A stretch of DNA of 63,468 nt, the filler included, from a bacterium (lineage in GTDB: Bacteria > UBA9089 > CG2-30-40-21 > SBAY01): assembly GCA_040757115.1 (NCBI GenBank). It is 5 parts of 5 records of this genome, joined end to end, with 100 filler letters (N's around TTAATTAATTAA, not from the genome) between each part and the next. Parts side by side here need not be neighbours in the genome. Positions count along the whole stretch, not along the records: positions 31,832 to 39,788 come from JBFLYA010000173.1; positions 39,889 to 47,797 come from JBFLYA010000174.1; 3 more parts are not named here. One strand, written 5' to 3'. The first letter of the stretch is position 1, and every line of letters starts with the position of its first letter. Made by a program: the position numbers and the translations under genes. The notes under the pieces are model-generated. The model saw only the letters and a list, made by a program, of their open reading frames with translations, made no database searches and was not told the origin of the DNA. This document shows positions 36,740 through 46,053 of this stretch, one piece after another.

Positions 36740-38119
36740 TTACTTATTATAATTTTCGTAATATTCATATGAGCTTTGAATTTTATTAATAAAGGAATCA
36801 AAACTAGAATTTTTCCCTTCATAAAAAATGGCGCCTTTGCTTTTCCTTTCCGCTGAATATTTAAATAAATTGGCAAATTCAAAATAAAATTCTTTTAAAG
36901 GTAATTCAGTTTTCAAAAAAGTATGAAAACAATCGAAAAACTCTAGTTTATTAATAATGAATTGATCTTTTAATCTAAAATAATCATCAGTACCAAAGAA
37001 TGGTGTTAATACAGCAAATGTAGGTCGGTCGATATTAAGACGTTTCACTTCTTTTAATAAATTTGCAAAATCTACTTTCGTATAATCCTGACGCACAATA
37101 AAATTGGCTCTGATTTCAATTCCGTAACTATGCAGGATTTCTACACATTGATAAGCCATGTTTAAGGAAATCTTCTTTCTATAGATTTTCAGTTCCTTTT
37201 CATATATGGATTCCAGACCAATTAATACGGAATCCAAACCAATTTCTGCCCATTTTTTAAAAAGATCAGGATTTCTTACAACACTATCCGATCGTACATA
37301 CATATGATATTTTTTCTGAATTTTTGCTTCATTAATCCTGTCTGCAAGAGCATGCATCTTCTTAACATCGATAAAAGCTTCATCGTCAACCACATAAATA
37401 TTCTTGTTGCTTATAGATTTAAGCTCTTCAATTATTTTTTCATTTTGTCGTGTTAAGTACCTGCGATTACATAGTTTCCAGAGTATACAAAAAGAACAAT
37501 TATATGGACAGCCATATGAAAACCGAATAAGGGACACCGGATCATAATGTGCATGAAAATAGAGATTACTATATTTCTTCAGAAGCTTTCTGTCTGGAGC
37601 AGGGAATACATCTATAGATTCAATATCTTTACTATAAGTAAACTGCAACTTACCATCATGATTATAATAATATAAGTTGGGAATATCTATTAACGGCTTA
37701 TTATCGCTTAAATTGTCCACTAAACTGTGAAAGGTTTCAACTGCTTCACCCGTAAGAATGTAATCCACATACTCAAGGTTTAAATGATATAGGGTCACAG
37801 TTGGATGGTGTCCGCCGATTACAATTTTAATTGCTGGAAAATCATTCTTAATTGCTTCCAATAATCTATTACAAGTATGAACAACAACACTGTACGGAAC
37901 TGAAAGACCGATTAAATTGGGATTTGTCTTTTTAATTATTGTTCTAATATCATCTTTTTCAAATCGCATATCGATGATATCTATATCATATTTATCCATA
38001 AGGGGAGCCCCCAGATATTCCAAAGGTAGCGGTTCACAACAACTAAAGTCTTCCGTTAAAACGCAGTAATCTGGTGATGGTGGCCAAATAAGAAGTATTT
38101 TCATATTACTTAATTCCAT
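36740..38119 (-). CDS. Cobalamin-binding radical SAM enzyme (HpnR-like subfamily by motif resemblance)
   Basis: EPLPLEYL, IDMRF, GGHHPT, GCPYNCSFC (CxxxCxxC), VVDDE, IGLES and TPFFGTD. Confidence 0.88.
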   Translation of the reverse strand: MELSNMKILLIWPPSPDYCVLTEDFSCCEPLPLEYLGAPLMDKYDIDIIDMRFEKDDIRTIIKKTNPNLIGLSVPYSVVVHTCNRLLEAIKNDFPAIKIVIGGHHPTVTLYHLNLEYVDYILTGEAVETFHSLVDNLSDNKPLIDIPNLYYYNHDGKLQFTYSKDIESIDVFPAPDRKLLKKYSNLYFHAHYDPVSLIRFSYGCPYNCSFCILWKLCNRRYLTRQNEKIIEELKSISNKNIYVVDDEAFIDVKKMHALADRINEAKIQKKYHMYVRSDSVVRNPDLFKKWAEIGLDSVLIGLESIYEKELKIYRKKISLNMAYQCVEILHSYGIEIRANFIVRQDYTKVDFANLLKEVKRLNIDRPTFAVLTPFFGTDDYFRLKDQFIINKLEFFDCFHTFLKTELPLKEFYFEFANLFKYSAERKSKGAIFYEGKNSSFDSFINKIQSSYEYYENYNK

Positions 38120-38134
38120 TAATTAATCAAATAT

Positions 38135-39340
38135 TTACGATAAATAATTTGCATTTATCTTTATATAGTCAATGGAATAATCACAAGTCCAAATTGTTTT
38201 AGATTTAGTACCTATGTTTAAATCCACTGTTATCGTTATTTCTTTTCCTTTTAAGGAATTCCTTACTTTTTCCAGGGTTTCTTTTTTAGCACAAGGTTCG
38301 CCCTTATCTACAATCAGATAATTATTCAAATGCAGCCTGAGTTTATCGTACTTTAATCCAGTCCTGGCTTTACCAATAGCCATTAATATACGACCGTAAT
38401 TTAACTGTTCACCAAATAAAGCAGTTTTGACCAAAGGTGAATTACCGATTGAATAAGCAATTTGTTCAGCGTTTTCGAAAGTCGGGCTATTGATTACATT
38501 AATTGTTATGTATTTTGTAGCCCCTTCTCCATCTCGGATCATTTCCTGAGCCAGCGTTAACAAAACATCTTTCAAGTTCTTGTAGAATAATGCGTACTCA
38601 TTATCTTTAGTAGTAATCATTTTATTATTGGCAATGCGGTTAGATAAAAAAAAGACTGAATCATTTGGGCTAGTATCTCCATCAATCGTGATACAATTAA
38701 ATGTCTCATTTACAACATCTTCCAGCATTGCTTTCATCATATCATATGAAATTTTAGCATCGGTAATCACAGTAGAGAGCATCGTTGCCATATTAGGCAT
38801 AATCATACCCGCACCTTTTACACAGGCACCGATCGTTACGGGAATACCGTTTAATGGGAAAGTAACTGAGGCTTGTTTTATTTTAGTATCTGTAGTCATG
38901 GTTGCTTTAATAAAATCTAATGCGCTATTTTCATCACTTTGCAGTTTTTCAACTACCTTAGGAAGTGCTGCAAGGATTTTTTCCATATCTAATTCAATAC
39001 CGATTACTCCAGTAGAACCAATATAACATTCTGATGTATTAATCCCTAACATTTTGGAAATGACTTGTAGACATTTTATTGAATCTTGGATTCCTTGTTT
39101 ACCTGTAAACGCATTTGCGTTACCACTATTAATAAGCACAGCTCGTTTTTTTTGAGATAATTTATCATTTTCTTTAGACACTATCACAGGAGAGGCAATG
39201 ATATCACTTCTGGTATACATAGCCACTCCATATGTATCATTTTGTTCTGAAAATAATAATCCAATATTATTTTTTTTATTTTCCAAAGCAATACCTGCAA
39301 ACTTGAATCCCTGAACGCTTGACAAACCTGTTTTACTCAT
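38135..39340 (-). CDS. argJ: Ornithine acetyltransferase (ArgJ/OAT)-family Ntn-type acyltransferase, divergent
   Basis: NSGNANA, STGVIG, MTTDT, KGAGMIMPNMATML (autoprocessing Thr), DGDTSPND, RDGEGATK, SPLVKTA and WTCD..DYIKINA. Confidence 0.88.
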   Translation of the reverse strand: MSKTGLSSVQGFKFAGIALENKKNNIGLLFSEQNDTYGVAMYTRSDIIASPVIVSKENDKLSQKKRAVLINSGNANAFTGKQGIQDSIKCLQVISKMLGINTSECYIGSTGVIGIELDMEKILAALPKVVEKLQSDENSALDFIKATMTTDTKIKQASVTFPLNGIPVTIGACVKGAGMIMPNMATMLSTVITDAKISYDMMKAMLEDVVNETFNCITIDGDTSPNDSVFFLSNRIANNKMITTKDNEYALFYKNLKDVLLTLAQEMIRDGEGATKYITINVINSPTFENAEQIAYSIGNSPLVKTALFGEQLNYGRILMAIGKARTGLKYDKLRLHLNNYLIVDKGEPCAKKETLEKVRNSLKGKEITITVDLNIGTKSKTIWTCDYSIDYIKINANYLS

Positions 39341-39358
39341 ATATTCTCCTTTCCAAAT

Positions 39359-39788
39359 TCATTTTAATAATACGGCTTTTTTGATATTTAAAAAATCCAT
39401 TAAAAAACCCTCATGAGGATCCAAATAATTATAACCACGTTCTAGATATTTATCACCAAATATTTTTAAAATCGTTTTATTATAACATAATTTATTAATT
39501 AATTCATTATTATTCGATACTATACTCAAAATTAAAGAATGGGCACAATAAGATTCAATTTCTGCTTCCGGCACCTCAATTACAGTAATGAAAGGGAAAA
39601 ATAACTGATAATTCCAAAATTGGCATATTACTACGAGATTGTTTAGGTTATGAAGGATGCGAAATGAAAATGCTCTTGGATAAGGGTTTGCAAGTTGCAT
39701 TCCCGATTTATTTTTCTTGTAATCTGAGTAATAGTGAATTTTGAAAAAGCCCTTTTGGTTTTTAGCTGTAATATTATCAAATAGGCTA
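39359..39788 (-). CDS. Hypothetical protein, 3' part only (5' end beyond contig edge)
   Basis: Frame stays open upstream of ATG 39700 to the contig edge (SLFDNITAKNQKGFFKIHYY...); ends 18 nt before argJ in the same orientation. Confidence 0.6.
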
Positions 39789-39888
39789 NNNNNNNNNNNN
39801 NNNNNNNNNNNNNNNNNNNNNNNNNNNNNNNNTTAATTAATTAANNNNNNNNNNNNNNNNNNNNNNNNNNNNNNNNNNNNNNNNNNNN
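39789..39888. other. Artificial contig linker
   Basis: N-run with central TTAATTAATTAA. Confidence 0.97.
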
Positions 39889-39964
39889 AATAACTCTAAT
39901 AGTGAAATCTATGCAGATTTGGTGTCCAAAAGGGATTTCCTCCAAAGAGCAAAATGCAAAACTC

Positions 39965-40250
39965 GTTTATAGTTTATGGTTTATAGTGTATAGTTTATAG
40001 TGTATAGTTTATAGTGTATAGTTTATAGTCCTTCAACTATAAACTATCAACTATAAACTATCAACTATCTTTGCCAAAGTTCAGTAAAATTATCTCTTTC
40101 CTTTCAGCGTTAAAATACTTGAAGCAAAGATATTACCAAATTCCTCCAACTCTTTGAGAAACCCTGCTACTTCCTCTTTGAAATTTGATTTGTAATTTTG
40201 CATTTTGATATTTGATATTTAATATTTGATATTTGATATTTGATATTTAT
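39965..40250. repeat. Heptamer tandem repeats: (GTTTATA/GTGTATA)n facing an inverted ACTATAA/ACTATCA arm, and (TTTGATA)n
   Basis: Directly visible 7-nt periodicity at 39965-40069 and ~40190-40250. Confidence 0.8.
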
Positions 40251-40383
40251 TTGTTGTCTCCCTCAAATCCTATTTTGCAGAACCCTATACACTATTTTAA
40301 CCTTTATGCTAGATTAAGACACCACCTAAATTTCCAAACTTTTAAAAAATCACAGTTTGTGAACTTTTAAAGTATAACTTCAT

Positions 40384-40459
40384 TGGGACGCAGATTAACG
40401 CAGATTTACAGGATTTTATATTTTAATATCCTGATAATCTGAGTAAATCTGCGTCCCAT
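40384..40459. repeat. Long imperfect palindrome downstream of flgJ (REP-like hairpin, possible terminator)
   Basis: TGGGACGCAGATT ... AATCTGCGTCCCA arms with inner CAGGAT/ATCCTG pairing. Confidence 0.6.
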
Positions 40460-40488
40460 TAACTTGAATCTTATTAAGCAAATTGCGT

Positions 40489-40839
40489 TCACAAATATTT
40501 ACTTAATTGGTCATAAATTTGCTTGGATAAACCAAATTGGTCTGATTTAGCCATTAATTTTGCATATTCATCATATAACATATCTTCAAAAACCTCTTCT
40601 GAAAAACCGGCATGAAAAAGGCTGGTTTTGTGAATAGATTTACGCATCTCTTTTAGTAATTGATTGATAAAAATAGACTCCATCTCATAACTTACTTCTT
40701 TTAATCTTGCCTTTGCCTTTTCTTTATCCTGAGTATTTTTAAGGGCAGTGGCAAAATCATTTGCTTGATTAGTCTTATTGATAAATTTATAATCAGGAAG
40801 ATTATTATTTAATAATTGTAGTGGTAATATATTAGGCAT
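40489..40839 (-). CDS. flgJ: Flagellar rod-binding protein FlgJ, short form without muramidase domain
   Basis: LKEVSYEMESIFINQLLKEMRKS...FEDMLYDEYA..MA...FGLSKQIYDQL; follows flgI. Confidence 0.88.
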   Translation of the reverse strand: MPNILPLQLLNNNLPDYKFINKTNQANDFATALKNTQDKEKAKARLKEVSYEMESIFINQLLKEMRKSIHKTSLFHAGFSEEVFEDMLYDEYAKLMAKSDQFGLSKQIYDQLSKYL

Positions 40840-40884
40840 TTTTACTCCTTAATCTACTCCACCACCTCGAAGGTGGAGTTACTT

Positions 40885-41925
40885 TTACATAATGATAATT
40901 TCCGCGTGTAAAGCACCAGCAGATTTAATAGCTTGAAGTATGGCAATTAAATCCTCTGGCGAGGCCCCAATTGAATTTAAGGCTGAAACGACATCTTCGA
41001 TAGTCACCGTTGGTGAAAATAGAATTACATTTTCTTCTTTTGCTTCTTTTGATTCAGTGGCAGTGCGACTTTTTACGACAACACTTATATTTCCATGTGC
41101 GACAGCCACTTGTGAAATGCGAATATCTTTGCCCATCACGATTGTTCCAGTTCGCTCGTTCACAATTACTTTAGATTGCATATCCGGAGTTAAGGTTAAA
41201 CCTTCTAATCCAGATATAAATTCAACTATCCTTTCTTTATAGTTTTCGGGTATTTTGACCAGGACTAAAGATGGGTCTAATGCTTTAGCGGTATTTGGGG
41301 TAAATTTAGTATTAATTGCGGTTGCAATTCTAAAGGCAGTCGTAAAATCACTTTCCTTAAGCACTAAAGAGACAGTATTTTCTTTGACAATCGGGCAGGT
41401 AACATCTTTTTCGATAATTGCTCCTTGCGAAATCTGGGCGACAGTAAGATGCTTTCTACCAGTGGGTTTGCCCCCAATTAAAATAGGTCCTTGAGCTACG
41501 GCATAAACCGCCCCATCTGGACCTAATAATGGTGTCTGAAGTAAAACGCCGCCTGCTAAACTTTCCGCATTACCTAAGGTTGCTACGACTATATCCACTT
41601 TATCTCCTGCTCTGGCAAATGAAGGTAATTGAGCTGTCACAATGACAGCCGCCACATTTTTTACCTCCATTTTCTCTTTATCCACCGAAATCCCTAATCG
41701 AGTCAGCATATTCACAATGGATTGAGCGGTAAAAAAAGTTCCTTTATCATCTCCGGTCCCGTTTAATCCTACAACCAGGCCATATCCCATTAATTGGTTA
41801 GGTCTTACCCCTTCTATTCGGCATAAATCTTTTACCCTGACAACCGTTTCCTGGGCATAAACTACGACACTTATAAAGATAAATATAAAAATGATAAGTC
41901 TTCGTAAGACAACCACGCTTGCCAT
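40885..41925 (-). CDS. flgI: Flagellar P-ring protein FlgI
   Basis: RVKDL..IEGVRPNQLMGYGLVVGLNGTGD, KNVAAVIVTA, NERTGTIV and ILQAIKSAGALHAE. True start is ATG 41925 or GTG 41916 after AGGAGG; the ORF-track extension to 42033 runs into a MITE. Confidence 0.95.
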   Translation of the reverse strand: MASVVVLRRLIIFIFIFISVVVYAQETVVRVKDLCRIEGVRPNQLMGYGLVVGLNGTGDDKGTFFTAQSIVNMLTRLGISVDKEKMEVKNVAAVIVTAQLPSFARAGDKVDIVVATLGNAESLAGGVLLQTPLLGPDGAVYAVAQGPILIGGKPTGRKHLTVAQISQGAIIEKDVTCPIVKENTVSLVLKESDFTTAFRIATAINTKFTPNTAKALDPSLVLVKIPENYKERIVEFISGLEGLTLTPDMQSKVIVNERTGTIVMGKDIRISQVAVAHGNISVVVKSRTATESKEAKEENVILFSPTVTIEDVVSALNSIGASPEDLIAILQAIKSAGALHAEIIIM

Positions 41926-41945
41926 CCTCCTTATCTGGTAATTGG

Positions 41946-42185
41946 GTAAGCGTTCAGCCACAGAGGCATAGAGTTCACAGAGAATTAAGGAAATTAGCCA
42001 CAAATGGATACGAATTAACCTCTGACATCCCATAAATGTAGTGCGAACCTTTAAGTTCGCCTTTTGGCTTGCCAGAAGCGAAGCTAACGCCTCGCACTAC
42101 AAATCTTTTTGTATTTATGTTCATTCCTGGTTATATATTCCCTCTGTGTTCTCTGTGACTCTGTGGCTATATCCTGAACGGTTAC
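41946..42185. mobile_element. GTAA-ended (IS66-like) MITE, family B
   Basis: TIRs GTAAGCGTTCAG ... CTGAACGGTTAC. An inverted homologue at 47898-48376 carries an extra insertion. Confidence 0.8.
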
Positions 42186-42211
42186 CCATTTTTTTTTACT
42201 TCAATACGACA

Positions 42212-42838
42212 TTAAAATAAAACATTAACTATTTTCGTCAATACCCTGGTGATAACTCCTCGTTTTTCCTTATCTGACAGGCTGGTTCCACCTTTATATT
42301 TAATTGAGGCATCTAAAATATAGGTTGAGAGAATAGAATTATCTGCCTCAATATCTTCTGGTCTAATTACTCCCGACACGGCTAATATTTGTTCTTCGTT
42401 ATTAATAAGTAATTTTTTACTTCCCTCTATGGCTAAATTTCCATTAGGTAGAACATTTACAACTTGAGCCGTCAGATTTGCCTTTAAAATGCCAGAGCGA
42501 CTTGTATCGGCATCGCCTTTATATTTACTTTTTCCTTTGGCGCCAAAGTAAGGTATAAAAGATAACAGATTCTTTTTACCCTTTTCCACAGTTGTTGGAC
42601 CGCCAGAAAGTTCGGCATCTTTAGATTTTTTAGTTGAGCTCTTCTGCATCGCTGAAGATGACTCAACTACAAGAACTGTGATTATATCTCCTATTTTTTT
42701 CGCCTTATGGTCAACATATAAACTTTCCTGGCTACTTTTTGCCCAGAGTGATTCTGCCTCAGTTTCATAAGCCCTAATCCAGGAAAAAATACCAATAAAG
42801 AGAATAAGAATGACATAAAATTTATCTTTTATTTTCAT
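42212..42838 (-). CDS. flgH: Flagellar L-ring protein FlgH
   Basis: SLW...LYVDHKAKKIGDIITVLVVE, VLPNGNLAIEGSK and SGVIRPEDI. No lipobox Cys is seen in the signal region. Confidence 0.93.
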   Translation of the reverse strand: MKIKDKFYVILILFIGIFSWIRAYETEAESLWAKSSQESLYVDHKAKKIGDIITVLVVESSSAMQKSSTKKSKDAELSGGPTTVEKGKKNLLSFIPYFGAKGKSKYKGDADTSRSGILKANLTAQVVNVLPNGNLAIEGSKKLLINNEEQILAVSGVIRPEDIEADNSILSTYILDASIKYKGGTSLSDKEKRGVITRVLTKIVNVLF

Positions 42839-42896
42839 TGAATTAAACCTCCTTATTTTTGGTAATTGGTAACTGGTGAATGGTAATTACTTAGCA

Positions 42897-43832
42897 CTAC
42901 CTCGCCACAACTGTTCTGCTATCCTCAACAATACTGTTAATTATCTTATCCGAATCCACATTTTTTACTTGAATTTCATCTCCTAATCTTCCATCTTCCT
43001 TTGCTATTCCTTTTGCCTGGACGATAAGTGCTCCAATTTCTTTTTTTATCATAACCACATCTCCTCGTTTAATTAAAGGAGGAATTTCGATCAAATTATA
43101 AGTTAATATTCCTCCTTGTGTCAGCGGGCTTTTCAATCTTTTTCCAATGACATCTTCTATCGGAGCAGGATTAATGTAAGTTATCTCTCTTTCCTGGATT
43201 TCTATGTCCACTGGCGTTAAAATATGATGTCGTGGCAATGGTTTAGCCGCTATCACAACATTTGTAAAGCGATGAATTTTGAACCCCAATCTAATCGTTT
43301 TATATTTTGTCCCATTTACCTTGATGGTCACTGGAAGATATACCTGATTTTTTAACATTGGGGTATTTTCAATCTCATATTCTACCTTTCCAGCAGGTAA
43401 AATAACATTTTTCCGAATGTTGAATGATTCTATTGCTATTCGAGCAGTCGTATTAAGATTAGTCAGGATATACTCTTGAGCTATTTTTGTTATCTCTTCA
43501 ACATCCAATTTTTGAGAAGAAGTTGTTATTTCTATCTTTGTCGCTCCAATGAGATTAAAATCTTCCTCTTTAATCTTTGCTTGCAAAATTTTTAACTTAA
43601 CATACTCCTGAGTAATATATCTTTTTCCAGCAGGCAAAGGTGCCTGACCAATATAGATGTTATCTACAGATGTATTGCTTAAGTTAGCAATGTCCTTTAA
43701 AAATATCTCCTTACCTGTCAGGCAAACATTTTCTTTCAATTCAATCGTAGTTAAGGCAGGCGAGATACTGGAAAACAAAAAGACAAATAGCCCGGTAAAA
43801 AAGAATATCTTCAATAACTTATTAATTATCAT
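42897..43832 (-). CDS. flgA: Flagellar P-ring assembly chaperone FlgA
   Basis: Signal peptide, SAF-like VVIAAKPLPRHHIL, and LIKRGDVV...GIAKEDGRLGDEIQVKNVDS; lies between flgG and flgH. Confidence 0.9.
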   Translation of the reverse strand: MIINKLLKIFFFTGLFVFLFSSISPALTTIELKENVCLTGKEIFLKDIANLSNTSVDNIYIGQAPLPAGKRYITQEYVKLKILQAKIKEEDFNLIGATKIEITTSSQKLDVEEITKIAQEYILTNLNTTARIAIESFNIRKNVILPAGKVEYEIENTPMLKNQVYLPVTIKVNGTKYKTIRLGFKIHRFTNVVIAAKPLPRHHILTPVDIEIQEREITYINPAPIEDVIGKRLKSPLTQGGILTYNLIEIPPLIKRGDVVMIKKEIGALIVQAKGIAKEDGRLGDEIQVKNVDSDKIINSIVEDSRTVVAR

Positions 43833-44013
43833 TTAACTTCTCCTGAAAATAGGAAGTAGAGAGTAGAGAGAAAATCCTTCCTCCACCTGTTTTTTCCTAT
43901 TTTCATTCTTCTGTTGTGAACCCACGGTTCATGAGCGTTCTTCTGAAAATCGGGGTTTGGGGATTCTTTTATTCCCGAATCCCGAATCCTCAATCCCGAA
44001 TCCCTTTATTCTT

Positions 44014-44805
44014 TTATCTCTTCAACCCACCGACGATGCCCAGCATTGCATCTCCAGTTTGAATTGCTTTTGAATTAAGTTCATAAGCCCGCTGGGCGAT
44101 AATCATATTGACCATCTCATCAACTATATTTACATTTGATAATTCTAAGAAGTTTTGCTCCAATCTACCAAACCCTTCCCTTCCGGGAGTACCGGTAATA
44201 GGGTCACCACTTGCGGCACTATCTTTAAATACATTCTTACCAATAGGATTTAGTCCCGCTGGACTGGCAAATCTAACTAATTGAATTGTACCTACTTCCT
44301 GAGGTGTTTTTGTTTCATTTCCGATAATGACTGAAACAGTCCCATCTTCAGTAATGGTAATTTGGGTAGTTCCAGGCGGGATAACTATTTCTGGTTGTAA
44401 AATATGTCCATTAGAAGTAACTAATTTACCCTCCTGGTCCATTTTAAAAGAACCATCTCGCGTATAACCTGTTGACCCATCCGGTAGAAGTAACTGAAAG
44501 AATCCTTCTCCTTCTATAGCTATATCCAGAGGATTTTGGGTCTCTTGCAAATTCCCTAAGGAATGAATTTTTTGAGTTCCCGCAATAGCTACTCCATGCC
44601 CAACATGAATACCTGTTGGTAAGACACTTCCTGTAGTTATTGGTGTGCCTGGTGATTTTAATACTTCATAGATTAAGTCTTCAAAATCTACTCGTGACTT
44701 CTTAAATCCAGCAGTATTAACATTAGCCAGATTATTGGCAATAGTGTCGAGATTAAATTGTTGTCCAGCCATACCTGTGGCCGCTGTCCATAATGAACGC
44801 ATCAT
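44014..44805 (-). CDS. flgG: Flagellar distal rod protein FlgG
   Basis: MMRSLWTAATGM, ANNLANVNTAGFKK, YTRDGSF and LELSNVNIVDEMVNMIIAQRAYELNSK; GGAGG RBS before ATG 44805. Confidence 0.96.
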   Translation of the reverse strand: MMRSLWTAATGMAGQQFNLDTIANNLANVNTAGFKKSRVDFEDLIYEVLKSPGTPITTGSVLPTGIHVGHGVAIAGTQKIHSLGNLQETQNPLDIAIEGEGFFQLLLPDGSTGYTRDGSFKMDQEGKLVTSNGHILQPEIVIPPGTTQITITEDGTVSVIIGNETKTPQEVGTIQLVRFASPAGLNPIGKNVFKDSAASGDPITGTPGREGFGRLEQNFLELSNVNIVDEMVNMIIAQRAYELNSKAIQTGDAMLGIVGGLKR

Positions 44806-44838
44806 TTTAATATACCTCCTCGTATTTAATTTTAGATT

Positions 44839-45240
44839 GTAACTGTTCACCGCACAGACACAGAGACGCAGAGAAAAAAATTAAGTAACTATTCAGCCTC
44901 AGATGGACACGGATGAAACACGGAAAATTCGTAATCCGTATCCGTTTTCCGTGTCCGTAATTAGGCTCAAGGTTTTTCCTCCTCTTGCCCTCTGCCCTCT
45001 GCCCTCTGCNNNNNNNNNNNNNNNNNNNNNNNNNNNNNNNNNNNNNNNNNNNNNNNNNNNNNNNNNNNNNNNNNNNNNNNNNNNNNNNNNNNNNNNNNNN
45101 NNNNNNNNNTGCCCTCTGCCCTCTGCCCTCTGCTATTTATCCGTGCTAATCCGTATTAATCAGTGGCTGAATAGTTGCTTTATTTCCATATCTTCTCTGT
45201 TGCTCTGCGTCTCTGCGGTAAATACCACTTGAACGGTTAC
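44839..45240. mobile_element. Nested GTAA-ended MITEs with (TGCCCTC)n heptamer tract spanning an assembly gap
   Basis: Outer GTAACTGTTCA...TGAACGGTTAC; inner GTAACTATTCAGCC (44885) ... GGCTGAATAGTTGC (45178); gap 45010-45109 lies inside the heptamer run. Confidence 0.75.
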
Positions 45241-45252
45241 CCAAAATTCTAC

Positions 45253-46053
45253 TTACTTCACCCTGCTGACTTCTGTCACGGCTGTTCGTAGTGTATCGTC
45301 AAAAGAGGTTACTGCTCGTTGATTAATTTCATATATTCGTTGAATTTCAATCATTTTTACCATTTCTTCGATTGGATTGGTATTTGACTTTTCAAGGTAA
45401 CCTTGCAAAATTTTAGGTTGAGCGACAACTTGAGGTTCACCTGCATACTGAGTCGCTTCAAATAAGGTATTACCTACTTTTTTCAATCCTCTTCTGTTTT
45501 CAAAATCAACTATTTTTAGTCCGTCTATTTCTTGTGGAGATTTCCAATCTCTCTCTCCTGTTATTACCTTGCCATTTTCTTGAACCTGGAAATTGCCTTG
45601 AGCAATTTGAATATATCCATTTACTCCTAAGACTCTATAACCTCCTTTCGTCACCAAATATCCTTCTGAATCGATAGTAAATGTGCCATTACGGGTATAA
45701 AAAATTTTATTTTGAGGTCCTTCAATCGTAAAAAAGCCTTTTCCGCCAATAGCCAGGTCAAAGTCATTATCGGTTTTTTGAATAGGTCCTTGTGAATATA
45801 AAGTGGCTATTTCACTTATTCCTACGCCTGTGCCTACAGGACCAACTTTTGGTCTTTGGTCAAGATAGCCTTCTCTGGTCATAATATAATTATCATAAAG
45901 GCGATGGAGAAAAATAGAATCAAATGGTGTAAATATAGTTTCATCCCTTTTATAGCCAGCGGTATCTATATTCGCCAGGTTATTTGCGACAACATCTAAA
46001 TCTGTCCATTGGGCAAGCATTCCTATTGCACCGGTGTATATTCCTTTAATCAT
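45253..46053 (-). CDS. flgF: Flagellar proximal rod protein FlgF (FlhO-like)
   Basis: MIKGIYTGAIGM, ANNLANIDTAGYK, YTRNGTF and GYLEKSNTNPIEEMVKMI. Start at ATG 46053 with GGAGG RBS inside the end of murA. Confidence 0.9.
   Translation of the reverse strand: MIKGIYTGAIGMLAQWTDLDVVANNLANIDTAGYKRDETIFTPFDSIFLHRLYDNYIMTREGYLDQRPKVGPVGTGVGISEIATLYSQGPIQKTDNDFDLAIGGKGFFTIEGPQNKIFYTRNGTFTIDSEGYLVTKGGYRVLGVNGYIQIAQGNFQVQENGKVITGERDWKSPQEIDGLKIVDFENRRGLKKVGNTLFEATQYAGEPQVVAQPKILQGYLEKSNTNPIEEMVKMIEIQRIYEINQRAVTSFDDTLRTAVTEVSRVK

Noticed and set aside
36740-38119. Calling this gene hpnR (hopanoid C-3 methylase)
   Set aside because: Motifs resemble that subfamily, but there are no hopanoid genes nearby and the ACP/KAS III context suggests another substrate.
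41926-42033. N-terminal extensions of FlgI, FlgG (44806-44850) and FlgF (46054-46122) in the ORF track
   Set aside because: They run into a MITE or into murA; RBS position and family N-termini support the shorter starts.
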